Below, piece after piece: positions 8,453-18,473 of a DNA stretch of 64,000 nt (the stretch's first letter is position 1; each line of letters starts with the position of its first letter). A model generated the notes under the pieces. That model saw only the letters and a program-made list of their open reading frames with translations. It was not told the origin of the DNA and did not search any database. The translations under genes were made by a program, and so were the position numbers. Location of the stretch: the NCBI GenBank assembly GCA_965263035.1, contig OZ253580.1, positions 2,912,001-2,976,000 on the forward strand, read 5' to 3'. This DNA comes from Acidobacteriota bacterium (lineage in GTDB: Bacteria > Acidobacteriota > UBA6911 > RPQK01 > JAJDTT01).

Positions 8453-10793
8453 TCACGGCGCCGGCGCCTGCTTGTATGTAACCTGGAACGACGCATCGCT
8501 GACCAGCCGGTTGAAATTCGGATCGTCCATGAACCTTTTAAACAGCTGGGTGTCGTCCTGTATCACCCCCACCATGACTTGTTCCAGTACCTTGTCGTGT
8601 TCGATGCGTGCATTCTCCCGGTCCGAGTTTTCCTGAGCGTTCCTGTAGGCGGTGTTCTGTGCGACTCGTGAAGGAATCGTTTCAGTGATGAGCTCCAGCA
8701 CACGGTCTTCGTCTTCCCATTGAATGTTCCCGAATAGATCGTTGAAGGTCTGGATGATGTTCGATAAGAGGTCTATCTCGGGCTCCGCACGGCCACCGGA
8801 ACCGTTGTCCGGAATGGGGTCGATCTTGGCGTCCTCATCCGACAGGCGAATTTTCTGCATCGCCCGTTTCTCGACCCGGTAGCTATCCATATCGATGGCG
8901 TCGAGAACGCCCTTGGACAAATCCTCCTCTCGCGGGGACGGTAACTTTGAGACCAGGAAGTTCAGGAAAATCGAGCGTTCTTCCCACTTCGCGTTGTTGT
9001 ACGGAAGGATCGAAGAGAGGAAGGCGTAGGTTCTCAGGAACACTTTGGCCTGGCGCTTGAACTGAACTTGCCCATCTTCGTCCAGGTCCTGCTCGTACAC
9101 CGCCACGCAAGCATCGAGGATGGGATCAAGCTCCTCGCGGTCCTCGCCAGCCAAATAGCGCGACACGAAGTCTTTGATCTGCTCAAAGGAATAGACCTGT
9201 GCGCCGTCCAGGTCTGCCTGGAGGTCGTGCAACTTGTTGGGATCGGTTTCTTCGGACAGGATCGTCGCTCGATAGTAGTCCGCGAAGGCGTCGCGGATGG
9301 TGTCCGATTCGTTCAGGAAATCCAGCACGAATACATCGTGCTTCTTGGGATGAGCCCGGTTGAGCCGCGAGAGGGTCTGGACCGCCCTGACGCCCGAGAG
9401 CGTCTTGTCCACGTACATCGTATGCAGCAGAGGTTCGTCGTACCCGGTTTGGAACTTGTCCGCGCAGACCAGAAAGCGGTACGGATCCTCCTGGAACCTC
9501 TCGGCAATCTTGTTCGAAGGAAAGCCGTTCAGTGTGGGCTCGCTCACCTTCGCCCCGCCGTATTCGTGCTCGCCCGAGAAGGCCACGATCGCCTGATAGC
9601 GGCTCTTTCGTTCCTTCAGGTAGGCGCGGATGGCATGGAAGTACTGGATCGCGCGTTTGACGCCATTGGTGACGACCATCGCCCGGGCTTTGCCGCCGAT
9701 CTTGCCGTGGGACAGCACCTGCGTGTGGAAGTGGTCCACCATGATCTCCGACTTGAGGCGGATCGCATGGTCGTGTCCCTCAACGTAGAGCCGCAACTTC
9801 TTGCGGGCCCTTTTCGCTTCGAACTTGGAATCGTCCTCCACCGCCTTGGCGAGCTTGTAGTAGCTCTTGACCGGCGTGTAGTGCCGCAGCACGTCCAGGA
9901 TGAAACCCTCCTGGATCGCCTGTTTCATGCTGTAGGTGTGAAAGGCGTGATGCTGGACCGTACCGTCGGGCTGCCGGTCCGGGTCACCAAAGCTCTCCAA
10001 GGTCTTGTTCTTCGGGGTTGCGGTGAAGGCAAAGTAGCTGGCGTTGGGAAGGAGCTTGCGCGACTCCATCAGGCGGTTGATCTGATCCTCGTAAGTCTCC
10101 TCTTCCGCGGTTTGTCCCGCCTTGCCCAGCGCCTGGGCCATGGCTGCTGCGGTGCGGCCGCCCTGGCTTGAGTGCGCCTCGTCAATGATGATCGCAAAGC
10201 GGCTCCTACGATGTTCGTTCCCGATCTCATCGAGAATGAATGGGAACTTCTGGATCGTCGAGATAATGATCTTTTTTCCGGACTCGATGAAACGTCGCAG
10301 GTCGCCCGAACGGTCGGCGTGCCCTACCGTCGAGCGCACTTGGGCGTATTTCTTGATCGTGTCTCGGATCTGCCTGTCGAGGATGCGGCGGTCGGTGACA
10401 ACTATGATTGAGTCGAAGACTGGAGCTTCGTCCTTTTCCAGCCGGATCAGTTGATGGGCCAGCCATGCGATCGAAAAGCTCTTGCCGCTGCCCGCCGAGT
10501 GTTGGATCAGGTAACGCTTACCCGCTCCGTGGGCTCCCGCATCGTCCAGGAGCCGGCGCACCGCGTCGAGCTAATGGTAGCGGGGCCAGATCTGGACTCG
10601 TCTCTTCTTCCCCGTCTTGGCGTCCTTCGATTCCACGATTTGGGCGTAGTTCTCAATGATGTTGGTCAGGCTCCGGCGGATCAGCACTTCGCGCCACATG
10701 TAGTCTGATCGCAGGCCGTTCGGGTTGGGCGGGTTCCCCGCACCGTCGTTCCAACCTCGGTTGAAGGGCAGGAACCAGGAGGCCTTCCCCTGC
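8453..10793 (-). pseudogene. hsdR: type I restriction enzyme R subunit, 5'-truncated with a nonsense mutation
   Basis: Helicase motifs HSAGSGKS, DEAHSSQ, FTATPK, TGYDEP. The frame continues upstream as ...FLPFNRG...QIWPRYH*LDAV with TAG (10571-10573) in place of the expected Gln; homology stops at about 10793. Confidence 0.9.
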
Positions 10794-10841
10794 GGACTGT
10801 TTCTATAATTTCCTTAAATTATTCAATATATTTGACTCCCC
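10794..10841 (+). mobile_element. probable IS1595-type terminal sequence truncating hsdR
   Basis: Abrupt AT-rich GGACTGTTTCTATAATT...ATATATTTGACTCCCC; TTGACTCCC is shared with the IS1595 subterminal region at 606-614. Confidence 0.5.
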
Positions 10842-10874
10842 GAAGGTAGTGTCCTCGTCTGAGGAGAATACGGC

Positions 10875-11200
10875 ATGGAGAACGGATCAAAATACCTTCT
10901 AGCAGCTTGCATCTTGGTTTTGCTGTCGGCAAGTCCTGTGAACGCCGCTCGCATTGTGAATGAAGCAAGTGGAATCGCTTGTTACTCCACGCAAGACCTT
11001 CTGACTGCCCACAGTGCCTTCGATTTTTCGACCAAAGTCAGTTGCAGCTTCTAATTGCACAGAACAAGTGCTTCGTGATGCAGAAGAATTGGCGTGTCCG
11101 CCAATTCCATGAAGAGCGGACTATTAACGGGGTGAACGTGAAGATGGTTCTGGTTCGACTCGATACGAGTATCGACATCCCATCGCGTGGACATTGTTAG
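10875..11200 (+). pseudogene. frameshifted secreted protein
   Basis: GAGGAG RBS; signal peptide MENGSKYLLAACILVLLSASPVNA; frame stops near 11054 while a second frame (FFDQSQLQLLIAQNKC...) continues to 11200. Confidence 0.45.
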
Positions 11201-11332
11201 CGAACCTTACCTCGCCGTAACCTTAGTCAGCAATGTCAGCCTTGAATGGCATCATCAAGAGAATGAAGTTCGGGAAGGCAGGGGTTTTTGTTGACTCTGG
11301 ACGAGATTCTCCGGGGCGCGGATGAAGAGTGG

Positions 11333-11680
11333 CTAGCTACCCGACGACCTGCGATTGAGCGGATCAGAAGGGCGCGTCTGCTGGCATCTCTGGAAAAACC
11401 TGATGATTTCATCACATGTTTTGATAGTTTCCTCAAAGTGTTGCCGCTGAGTGCTGGGAACTTTCTGACGCATAACCTTCGTTAACCACTCTAGATTGCT
11501 AATAAGCAACTTTCTGTTTGAACACTGAGCTATTAACGCATATATGACAATCCATTGGGCGATGCTGTCTCCACGCAGTTCCTCTGTTTTATTGTGCGCT
11601 TTGCCGGCGTGTTGATATGCGTCATCGTACAGACTGGTGAATAGTGCAATGTCTTTATCGGTAAATTCCAGCTTCCCCAT
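11333..11680 (-). CDS. hypothetical protein (AT-rich)
   Basis: MGKLEFTDKDIALF...; helical, no recognisable motif. Confidence 0.5.
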   Translation of the reverse strand: MGKLEFTDKDIALFTSLYDDAYQHAGKAHNKTEELRGDSIAQWIVIYALIAQCSNRKLLISNLEWLTKVMRQKVPSTQRQHFEETIKTCDEIIRFFQRCQQTRPSDPLNRRSSGS

Positions 11681-11993
11681 TTTTGATTCCCCCCGAGCAA
11701 CCTCCGCTTGAATCCATGTCATTGGATGGCGCGAAATCGGCTCGATTTTACTAGAACCAGAGGGAAAAAGCACCCAGGACGTTCAGGCTCACCACCAAGA
11801 AAGCTCCAGCCGCCGCCAAATCCGAACCGATCCATTTGAGAGGATGGTGAAAGGATCTGACATCTTTTCCCGAGCCTCCTTTCTCGGACTCACTGTGCCC
11901 AGGCCACGAACAGTAACGCGCCCATCCCTATCCAGCCTTTCGATGCGTTCCTGAGGGATGGGCCCCGACCTAGAATGATGCGGACCCGAGCGG

Positions 11994-14900
11994 TCATATG
12001 TCTCGATCTTCAGGTTCGATCGGATCTGGAAGATCTGCCACAACGCGAACCGTCTCGATGCTGACCTGGACGATTCGCCGAACTGACGAGATCAAATCCC
12101 GCGGATCCTCAAACCAGCCGTTGGGATCGTTGGTGAGACCGCTTCGCGTGTCTCGCTTGATGTAGTAGCGGTCGATGAACCATTCGATCGGCGTCCGTCC
12201 GTTGACGTCGTACTGTTGGGCGGCCGCCGGAATTCCCCGCAAGCGAATATGCTCGTTGACCACGAGCTCGGTCCTATCAGAGTCGGCCCATTTCATCTTC
12301 TTCGTTCCGATCCGGAAGTGCTCTGGTCGAGGTTCTCCCGGCTGGGCATGGTGCAACTCCAGCGGACACTCCTTACAGGTCTCATAGCCGAGATGAATTC
12401 GCGCGAGTTCTCGTCCGGCTGTGGCGAAGGTGCGGAAATCAGGCGCGAAAGGAATGCGCGGGAGTTCCTTGGACAGATCATTGGAGAAGCGCTTGCGATA
12501 GGCGGGGGCGTGTAGAACGCCATAGATGTAGTCGAAGATCTCATCCTTGGTAATCGTGTTGTCCTTGTAGCGCACTCGAAAAGCTCGCAAGGCCTTATCG
12601 GAGATATTGTCGACCCGCTCCAGTTTCTGCGCATGGCCGGGAAGAGCACGCTGCGCGTTCGCCGGCTGGCGATACCGGTAGCGCGGAAAGCATTGGCCCT
12701 TCGAAATCAACTCTAGGTCCGGCATCGAGTTGACCACCAGGGCGGAAAACGGCTTCACTGATCCGACGCCCGGAACACAAATGGCTCGGTTCTCACTATT
12801 GGCCGCCGGGAAGATGCGGTCCATCTGGTACTTGTTGTTCACAAGCACATATTCAACGTAGCAGTGCTGCTTGACGAAAGCCCGGTACGACGTTGCCCAT
12901 ATCCTGTCCGGGTCATACGCCACTTTCTTCCGGCGTCTTAGGTTATTTTTCAGTTCTCGATCCCACCGGACATGCGAGGAATGAAGGCTCGCGAGGCTCT
13001 CCACTAGATCTTGTAGATCTTGGGCTTCGACTCGACTTTCCTCCAATTCCCGCAGAGCTCCAAGATAATCACCCACCATTTTCCGGGCGTTCTCGGCGCA
13101 GGCATCGCGGGAGAAGTTGTAGATGTAGGCGTCTCGACTCGTGGCGAAGCCTCTCGAATAGAGCTTGAAGATGGCGTCGTCAGTTTTACCTGACTTCGCC
13201 GTCTTTGTTCCCATCGGGTAGAATTTCTGGAACGCCTCGTTGCGTTGGTCGATCCAGTCATCGTGGCGATCGGGCGTAATCCTCCGCCAGTCCTTAATGC
13301 CGTCGATCGACTCCGCTGTACGCAGGATCACCAGCTTCTCTTCACGCTTGAGGTAATCGCCGATATCCCGGTAGAGGATGCGGCAGCCTTCATGGTCGGC
13401 TTCCGGATTGCGTACCAAGATCGTAATCGCTACTGGAGCTCGCGACCCTTGCCCGAAAACGTTGTCTCCTTCCGAACGGCGCCTATCGCCCGATGTTCTT
13501 GCATTGCCCCGCATGTTTAAAACGTAGACTGAACTGAACTCCTCCACCAGACAGGCGCGCACGCCCGAATCCACGTTGCCGTCTATCCAGGAACCATTGG
13601 TGACCACGGCAACGACACCCTGCTCACCGATCCGGTCTGAGGCCCATCGGATCGCCATCTTGTAGGTGTCGTAGAGGCTGTTCTTCAATGTCGCTCGGGA
13701 CCGCGCCGCATAGGTAGCAGCGACGCGCCCCTTTAGTTTGGGATAGTCGACGTTGGGGTTATCATCCGCCGAACTTCGCTGCCCTGCCGACCACGGCGGA
13801 TTGCCAACGATGACCTGGATCGACGTCTTCCGCTGGCGTTCCACCCGTTCACTGTTGTCCGGCAGCCAGTATGCGGAGAACTCTCCCTGTCCCTTGTTCA
13901 GATTGAAGGTGTCGGTCAACACGATGCCTTGGAACGGCTGGTAGGCACTCTCAGGGCCTCGCCGGCCATGAAACGCCTCTTCGATATGGATGGCCGCAAT
14001 GTAGTAGGCCAGCAGCACGATTTCGTTGGCGTGGAGCTCTTTCTCGTACTTCCGGGCCAGATCGACTTCTCGGATCAGCGCAGACTGGATCAGGCGCACC
14101 AGAAAGATGCCGGTGCCGGTGAACGGATCCAGGACGTGGACATCCTCGTCCCCCAGTCCCCGGCCGAACTCTTCCCGCAACACGTGGTCCGCACTGTTGA
14201 GGATGAAGTCCACGACCTCGACTGGCGTGTAGACGATGCCGAGCCGGTCCGCTTCCTTCTTCAGCGCCGTGGCGAAAAACTTCTCGTACAGCTCCATCAG
14301 CACGCGCTGCCGCGCTTGACTGTTGTCCAGTCCCCGGGCGCGAAGCCGTACGCTTGCATAGAAGGGCTCCAGATCTCGGGTCTCGTTCTCCAAGCCGAAG
14401 TCCCCGAAATCCTTCCGCAGGGCATCGAGCGCTTGGGCTACCGGGTTGCTGGCGGCAAAGTCATAGTGCTCGAACAGAGCCTCGAAGACCGGCTGTGTCA
14501 GGACATGCTGAGCCATCATTTCGACGGCATTTTCGCGGGTGATCGACTCGTTGATCGAAACCTTGAGTTCTCCGTGGAAAGCCTCGAACCACTCGCGCAG
14601 AAGGTCATTTTCGGGGACGTCGAGAAGACCCTCGATCCGGTAGACGAGCCGCTGGAAGATATCGGCCACGTCCTTGGCCCAGGTCTCCCAGTATTTCCGG
14701 TCGCCACACTTGTCAACGATCTTGGCGAAGATCGCTCCGGGGGGCAGATCCAGAGGGGGAAAGGGCAATTCGGGGAGGAGAGGGCCAGGCGTCGGATCGT
14801 CGATCCCGCCTCCACCGAAGATGATCCGACTCGTCGGCGTGTTGTTGAGATCAATCTTGTTGATCTCGGCATCGAAGCGGTCGTCGTGCGAGCGTAGAGC

Positions 14901-16763
14901 ATTCAGTACGCTCCAGACCACAGCGAAACGATCATCCTCATCGAGTGCCCGGGCTGGATCAACTCCCGCCCGCACCGCGATGGGGAGAATGATGTAACCA
15001 TACTTCTTGCCCTCGGCCTTGCGCATGACCCGACCAACCGCCTGAACAATATCCACCTGCGATTTCCGCGGATTCATGAACAACACCGCGTCCAGCGCCG
15101 GCACGTCGATGCCCTCGGATAGGCACCGGGCATTCGAAAGGATGTGGCAGGCTCCATTGGAGTCGCCTCTGAGCCACTCGATACTGGCCTTGCGATCCAG
15201 GGCGTGGTGCCGCCCATCCACATGGCGCGTCTCGCACCGAAATGCTTCCGATCGCTCGCTTTCGGGTAGCTGCCGGATGGCCTGGTCCACGATCGTTCCC
15301 CAATGAGCCACAAATTGTTGAGAAGATATAATCGTATTCGTGAATGCGATGGCACGTTTGAGAGCAGCGATTGGTCCCTTGTCTGGGGTCCGGTTCTCCG
15401 GATTTTGCAACGCGCGCCAGCAACCGACGATTTTTGCCGTGTCACTTAGGTTGATCTCGGACCCGCCTGAGACCGCCGCAAAATGCGCCTGCAACGTCGC
15501 ATCGACATGCTGTTCAGAGATAGCGAAAACAACCACCTTATAGTCGGACAATAGATCCTGCTCGACGGCCCGGGAGAAGGGGAGACGGTGCAACTCCGGC
15601 CCGTAGGTCGCCGGATCGTCCATGGAGAAGACTTCGACTTCGTGACGGGCTGCCTTCCTCTTGGCTCCTTCCGTATAAAGCCGGGGCGTCGCGGTCATGT
15701 ACAGGCGCTTCGCCGCCCGAATTCTCTTGGCGTCGTGAACCAGTACGAAGGGAGACGTCTTGTCACCGGGGCGCTCGATGCCGGTCGTTCGATGGGCCTC
15801 GTCACACAGGACGAAATCGAACGGCGGCGCCCCTTCGTCCTGTGCCTGCTCCACGATCCCCAGCGAGTGGTAGGTGCAAAAGACGACCGTCATCGTGTTC
15901 GGCCGTAATTCCTGTAACGCCTTGGAGATTGACGACGGGTCCGTCGTGACCGGGATCTCGAGTTCGTGAAGGGAGGCGTCCTCGTCATTGCGGCCGGCGC
16001 GTGTATCCGAGCAGATCCCGATATAGCGGTGAGGGACCTCCTGTTGCGTCGCCCATTCCCGCATCGACTGCTGGAACAGAGAGATCGACGGCACCAGGTA
16101 AAGGGCTCGGCCCCCGACGCCCGCCACCTCTTCCGCGATGCGCAGCGCCGTAAAGGTTTTTCCCGTGCCACAGGCCATGATCAGCTTGCCGCGATCTTGA
16201 TCCTTGAAACCGCCGATCACGTCATCGAATGCAGCTTGCTGGTGCGGGCGCAGGTGGAACGGTTCGGCCCGTAAAGACAGATCCTCCGGTTGGTCTTGAA
16301 CCAGGTCCGGCCAATCGAAGGGACGGCTGGCAAGATCGCCAAAGCGAACCACTTGGAAAGGGAGGCTCAGCGCTCTTATCGTGTTGCGCGCCGTTGGCCC
16401 CCACGAGTCTCCGGTATCGACGAAGAGACGACCGGTGAAGGGTTCGCGAGCTGAGGCCGAAATGAAGGAATCCAGATGGGGTTTCGAAATCCGCGTCCCG
16501 GCCGCGTAGCATTTGCATTGAATCGCGCAGTAGCCGCCCTGGCTCTCTTCGGCGACCAGATCGACTCCCGTATCGGTTCCCGTAAACCCAGGCATGTGCT
16601 GGACCCACTCGGACCAGAGCCAGACCTGGGAGAACCGACCCTTGTAGTGGGGATCCTCGGTAAAAAACGTCTTCATCAGACGTTCGAAGAGGCGGCCCTG
16701 GTGAGCTGTGGAATCAGCGATGGACCTGAGATGATCCAAGGTTTTTTGGAAGCTGACACTCAT
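11994..16763 (-). CDS. type ISP (LlaGI/LlaBIII-like) restriction-modification enzyme
   Basis: 1589 aa: Mrr-like nuclease (D..GVDLVA...AIQCKCY), SF2 helicase (MACGTGKT, DEAHRT, MTATP, QAVGRVMR), N6A methyltransferase (LDPFTGTG, GNPPW), C-terminal TRD. Confidence 0.95.
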   Translation of the reverse strand: MSVSFQKTLDHLRSIADSTAHQGRLFERLMKTFFTEDPHYKGRFSQVWLWSEWVQHMPGFTGTDTGVDLVAEESQGGYCAIQCKCYAAGTRISKPHLDSFISASAREPFTGRLFVDTGDSWGPTARNTIRALSLPFQVVRFGDLASRPFDWPDLVQDQPEDLSLRAEPFHLRPHQQAAFDDVIGGFKDQDRGKLIMACGTGKTFTALRIAEEVAGVGGRALYLVPSISLFQQSMREWATQQEVPHRYIGICSDTRAGRNDEDASLHELEIPVTTDPSSISKALQELRPNTMTVVFCTYHSLGIVEQAQDEGAPPFDFVLCDEAHRTTGIERPGDKTSPFVLVHDAKRIRAAKRLYMTATPRLYTEGAKRKAARHEVEVFSMDDPATYGPELHRLPFSRAVEQDLLSDYKVVVFAISEQHVDATLQAHFAAVSGGSEINLSDTAKIVGCWRALQNPENRTPDKGPIAALKRAIAFTNTIISSQQFVAHWGTIVDQAIRQLPESERSEAFRCETRHVDGRHHALDRKASIEWLRGDSNGACHILSNARCLSEGIDVPALDAVLFMNPRKSQVDIVQAVGRVMRKAEGKKYGYIILPIAVRAGVDPARALDEDDRFAVVWSVLNALRSHDDRFDAEINKIDLNNTPTSRIIFGGGGIDDPTPGPLLPELPFPPLDLPPGAIFAKIVDKCGDRKYWETWAKDVADIFQRLVYRIEGLLDVPENDLLREWFEAFHGELKVSINESITRENAVEMMAQHVLTQPVFEALFEHYDFAASNPVAQALDALRKDFGDFGLENETRDLEPFYASVRLRARGLDNSQARQRVLMELYEKFFATALKKEADRLGIVYTPVEVVDFILNSADHVLREEFGRGLGDEDVHVLDPFTGTGIFLVRLIQSALIREVDLARKYEKELHANEIVLLAYYIAAIHIEEAFHGRRGPESAYQPFQGIVLTDTFNLNKGQGEFSAYWLPDNSERVERQRKTSIQVIVGNPPWSAGQRSSADDNPNVDYPKLKGRVAATYAARSRATLKNSLYDTYKMAIRWASDRIGEQGVVAVVTNGSWIDGNVDSGVRACLVEEFSSVYVLNMRGNARTSGDRRRSEGDNVFGQGSRAPVAITILVRNPEADHEGCRILYRDIGDYLKREEKLVILRTAESIDGIKDWRRITPDRHDDWIDQRNEAFQKFYPMGTKTAKSGKTDDAIFKLYSRGFATSRDAYIYNFSRDACAENARKMVGDYLGALRELEESRVEAQDLQDLVESLASLHSSHVRWDRELKNNLRRRKKVAYDPDRIWATSYRAFVKQHCYVEYVLVNNKYQMDRIFPAANSENRAICVPGVGSVKPFSALVVNSMPDLELISKGQCFPRYRYRQPANAQRALPGHAQKLERVDNISDKALRAFRVRYKDNTITKDEIFDYIYGVLHAPAYRKRFSNDLSKELPRIPFAPDFRTFATAGRELARIHLGYETCKECPLELHHAQPGEPRPEHFRIGTKKMKWADSDRTELVVNEHIRLRGIPAAAQQYDVNGRTPIEWFIDRYYIKRDTRSGLTNDPNGWFEDPRDLISSVRRIVQVSIETVRVVADLPDPIEPEDRDI

Positions 16764-16904
16764 CCCTTGATTCTCTCCGAACTGGATGGCATGTGAAAGG
16801 CTCCGATCCCCAAACCCGATCCTTCCGATTTCAGGCGGAGCATCGATGAAGAGACAGACATCCAGTGATCACCCGACCAGGAATGAGCTACCCGACAGCA
16901 GGGA

Positions 16905-17426
16905 TTGGACCAGAGACAAATTCCAGAACTCGTAGGATCTATCTACCGTTTCAATTCGTTTGCCACACCCCCCGGGCTTCGGACAGAGGCGCTTACGGAA
17001 GCGAGGACGGTCTACGACGAAAGAAAGAGCCAGCATTACCGGAAGCTGTCGCCGGTTGTGGGACGGCTCGCCGAAGCGCTTGCCAGGGACGGTCGGTTCG
17101 CGGCGGAAGACAGGATCCTAGACATTGCCACCAGTCTGGAACGGATGTATGAGCTGGGCGGCGGAGAGATATCCCACAAGATGCGTACGCGGGCATCGTG
17201 GTTTCTGGGTCGGGATGCCGAAGACCGAATTCGGGTCATGGAATCCATTCGGCACTTCTACCGCGTACGGTCCGAAATCGTGCACAAAGGGAAGCGAAAG
17301 GCATCGGCGGAGAGATACCGAGAGGCGTTCGACACGGGATTCGACATCGCGGCACGAACGCTGTTCAAACTCTTGAAGGAAGGCCCGCCCGGCAATTGGG
17401 AGAAATTGGTGATTGCGGGAAGGTGA
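16905..17426 (+). CDS. ApeA-like HEPN domain protein, probably N-terminally truncated
   Basis: DIATSLERMY...FYRVRSEIVHKG (Rx4H); no convincing start. Confidence 0.7.
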   Translation: MDQRQIPELVGSIYRFNSFATPPGLRTEALTEARTVYDERKSQHYRKLSPVVGRLAEALARDGRFAAEDRILDIATSLERMYELGGGEISHKMRTRASWFLGRDAEDRIRVMESIRHFYRVRSEIVHKGKRKASAERYREAFDTGFDIAARTLFKLLKEGPPGNWEKLVIAGR

Positions 17427-17661
17427 AGTGTAAGGCTGACAATGGGTGCCTGGCGCGGGGGAAGGTTTTCGGATCGGAAAAATCACTCGAACTGAATGCC
17501 GGCGTGGAACTGCTAGCGCTGCTGCGCGGGCGGAGGCGGATGCCGACGGCGTATCTGCGGGGCCTCACATAGCGCTCCTTGGAACGAAATCGACTCCCAG
17601 GCGAATGAATCGCGCATTCCCGCAAGGCTCATCCTGGAAGGAGAGTCTGGGGCGTGGTTTA

Positions 17662-17689
17662 GATTATGATAAAGTACATTATACAACCT
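17662..17689. promoter_or_regulatory. second dif-like recombination site
   Basis: GATTATGATAA-AGTACA-TTATACAACCT; AT-rich 11-6-11 site with TAA-N6-TTA core in GC-rich surroundings. Confidence 0.55.
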
Positions 17690-17732
17690 TATTTCTGGCA
17701 TAGATCTGGAACTGGAGGCCAGGATCCCGAGT

Positions 17733-17975
17733 TCAAGCTGATGGTTTGATCCACCTAGTTGACAGCCCTGAAGGCCCGGCAGCCGGCCGGGAAATCCGGG
17801 CATGGTCGACGATCGGCGGCTGGCGCTGAACACCCTGTCTTGAGTCCCTGGAGCCGTCTCGAACTCCGGATCCGCGCCGGTGAGGGACGTCCGCGGCGGT
17901 CTTGAGGCCGATGCCTTTCCCTGATGCTGCTAGCTGGAGGCCCAGTGCCGTCAAGAAGCCATGAGCCAGCATCAA
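17733..17975 (-). pseudogene. possible transposase C-terminal remnant (IS701-like)
   Basis: Only MLAHGFLTAL resembles the IS701 C-terminal motif. Confidence 0.25.
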
Positions 17976-18062
17976 GCTTCGGATGCGGTACGTGGCAGCG
18001 GCGTCCGGCGGCCTCGTAGTAACAATATCGGGAGGAATTTACGACTATTACTAGTTTGTGGT

Positions 18063-18293
18063 TCAGAGAACTGAGCTACCTGCTTCGGCTCTGCTCCGTC
18101 CCTCGCCTGTTGCGACTGGTCTGGACTCAAGCCATTCGTCGATATCGGACCTAAGCCAGCCAACGGCACGACTCCCGAGTTGAAAGGAAGACGGGAACTT
18201 ACCCTGTTTTTGGAGTCGCCAAATTGTGGCTCGGCTGAGCCCGACTACTTGACAGACTTGATTTGCTCGGAGGATTTGCGGTTGGACGTTCAT
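18063..18293 (-). CDS. alpA: AlpA-family excisionase/transcriptional regulator
   Basis: ILRANQVCQVVGLSRATIWRLQKQGKFPSSFQLGSRAVGW; AAAGGAG RBS. Confidence 0.92.
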   Translation of the reverse strand: MNVQPQILRANQVCQVVGLSRATIWRLQKQGKFPSSFQLGSRAVGWLRSDIDEWLESRPVATGEGRSRAEAGSSVL

Positions 18294-18473
18294 TCAAGGA
18301 CTCCTTTCGTCGAAGCCATCTCCTTCGCAAATGGATGGCTTGCGTCGAGTTCTAGAGTCCTGTCAAATGTCCGACCCTATCTGAGATCAGACACTAGAAC
18401 CTGTAAACTTATCTTGTAACCTAAGCTTCGTAACCTCGTCACCTTTCATTTTCTCTTACTTCTACATGCGGCG

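Noticed and set aside
10571-10573. In-frame TAG as pyrrolysine or recoded stop
   Set aside because: The gene is also truncated upstream and TAG serves as a normal stop in other genes here; a single C-to-T change is simpler.
11789-12043. 84-aa ORF after the type ISP gene
   Set aside because: Overlaps the R-M gene end, with no recognisable motif or convincing start.
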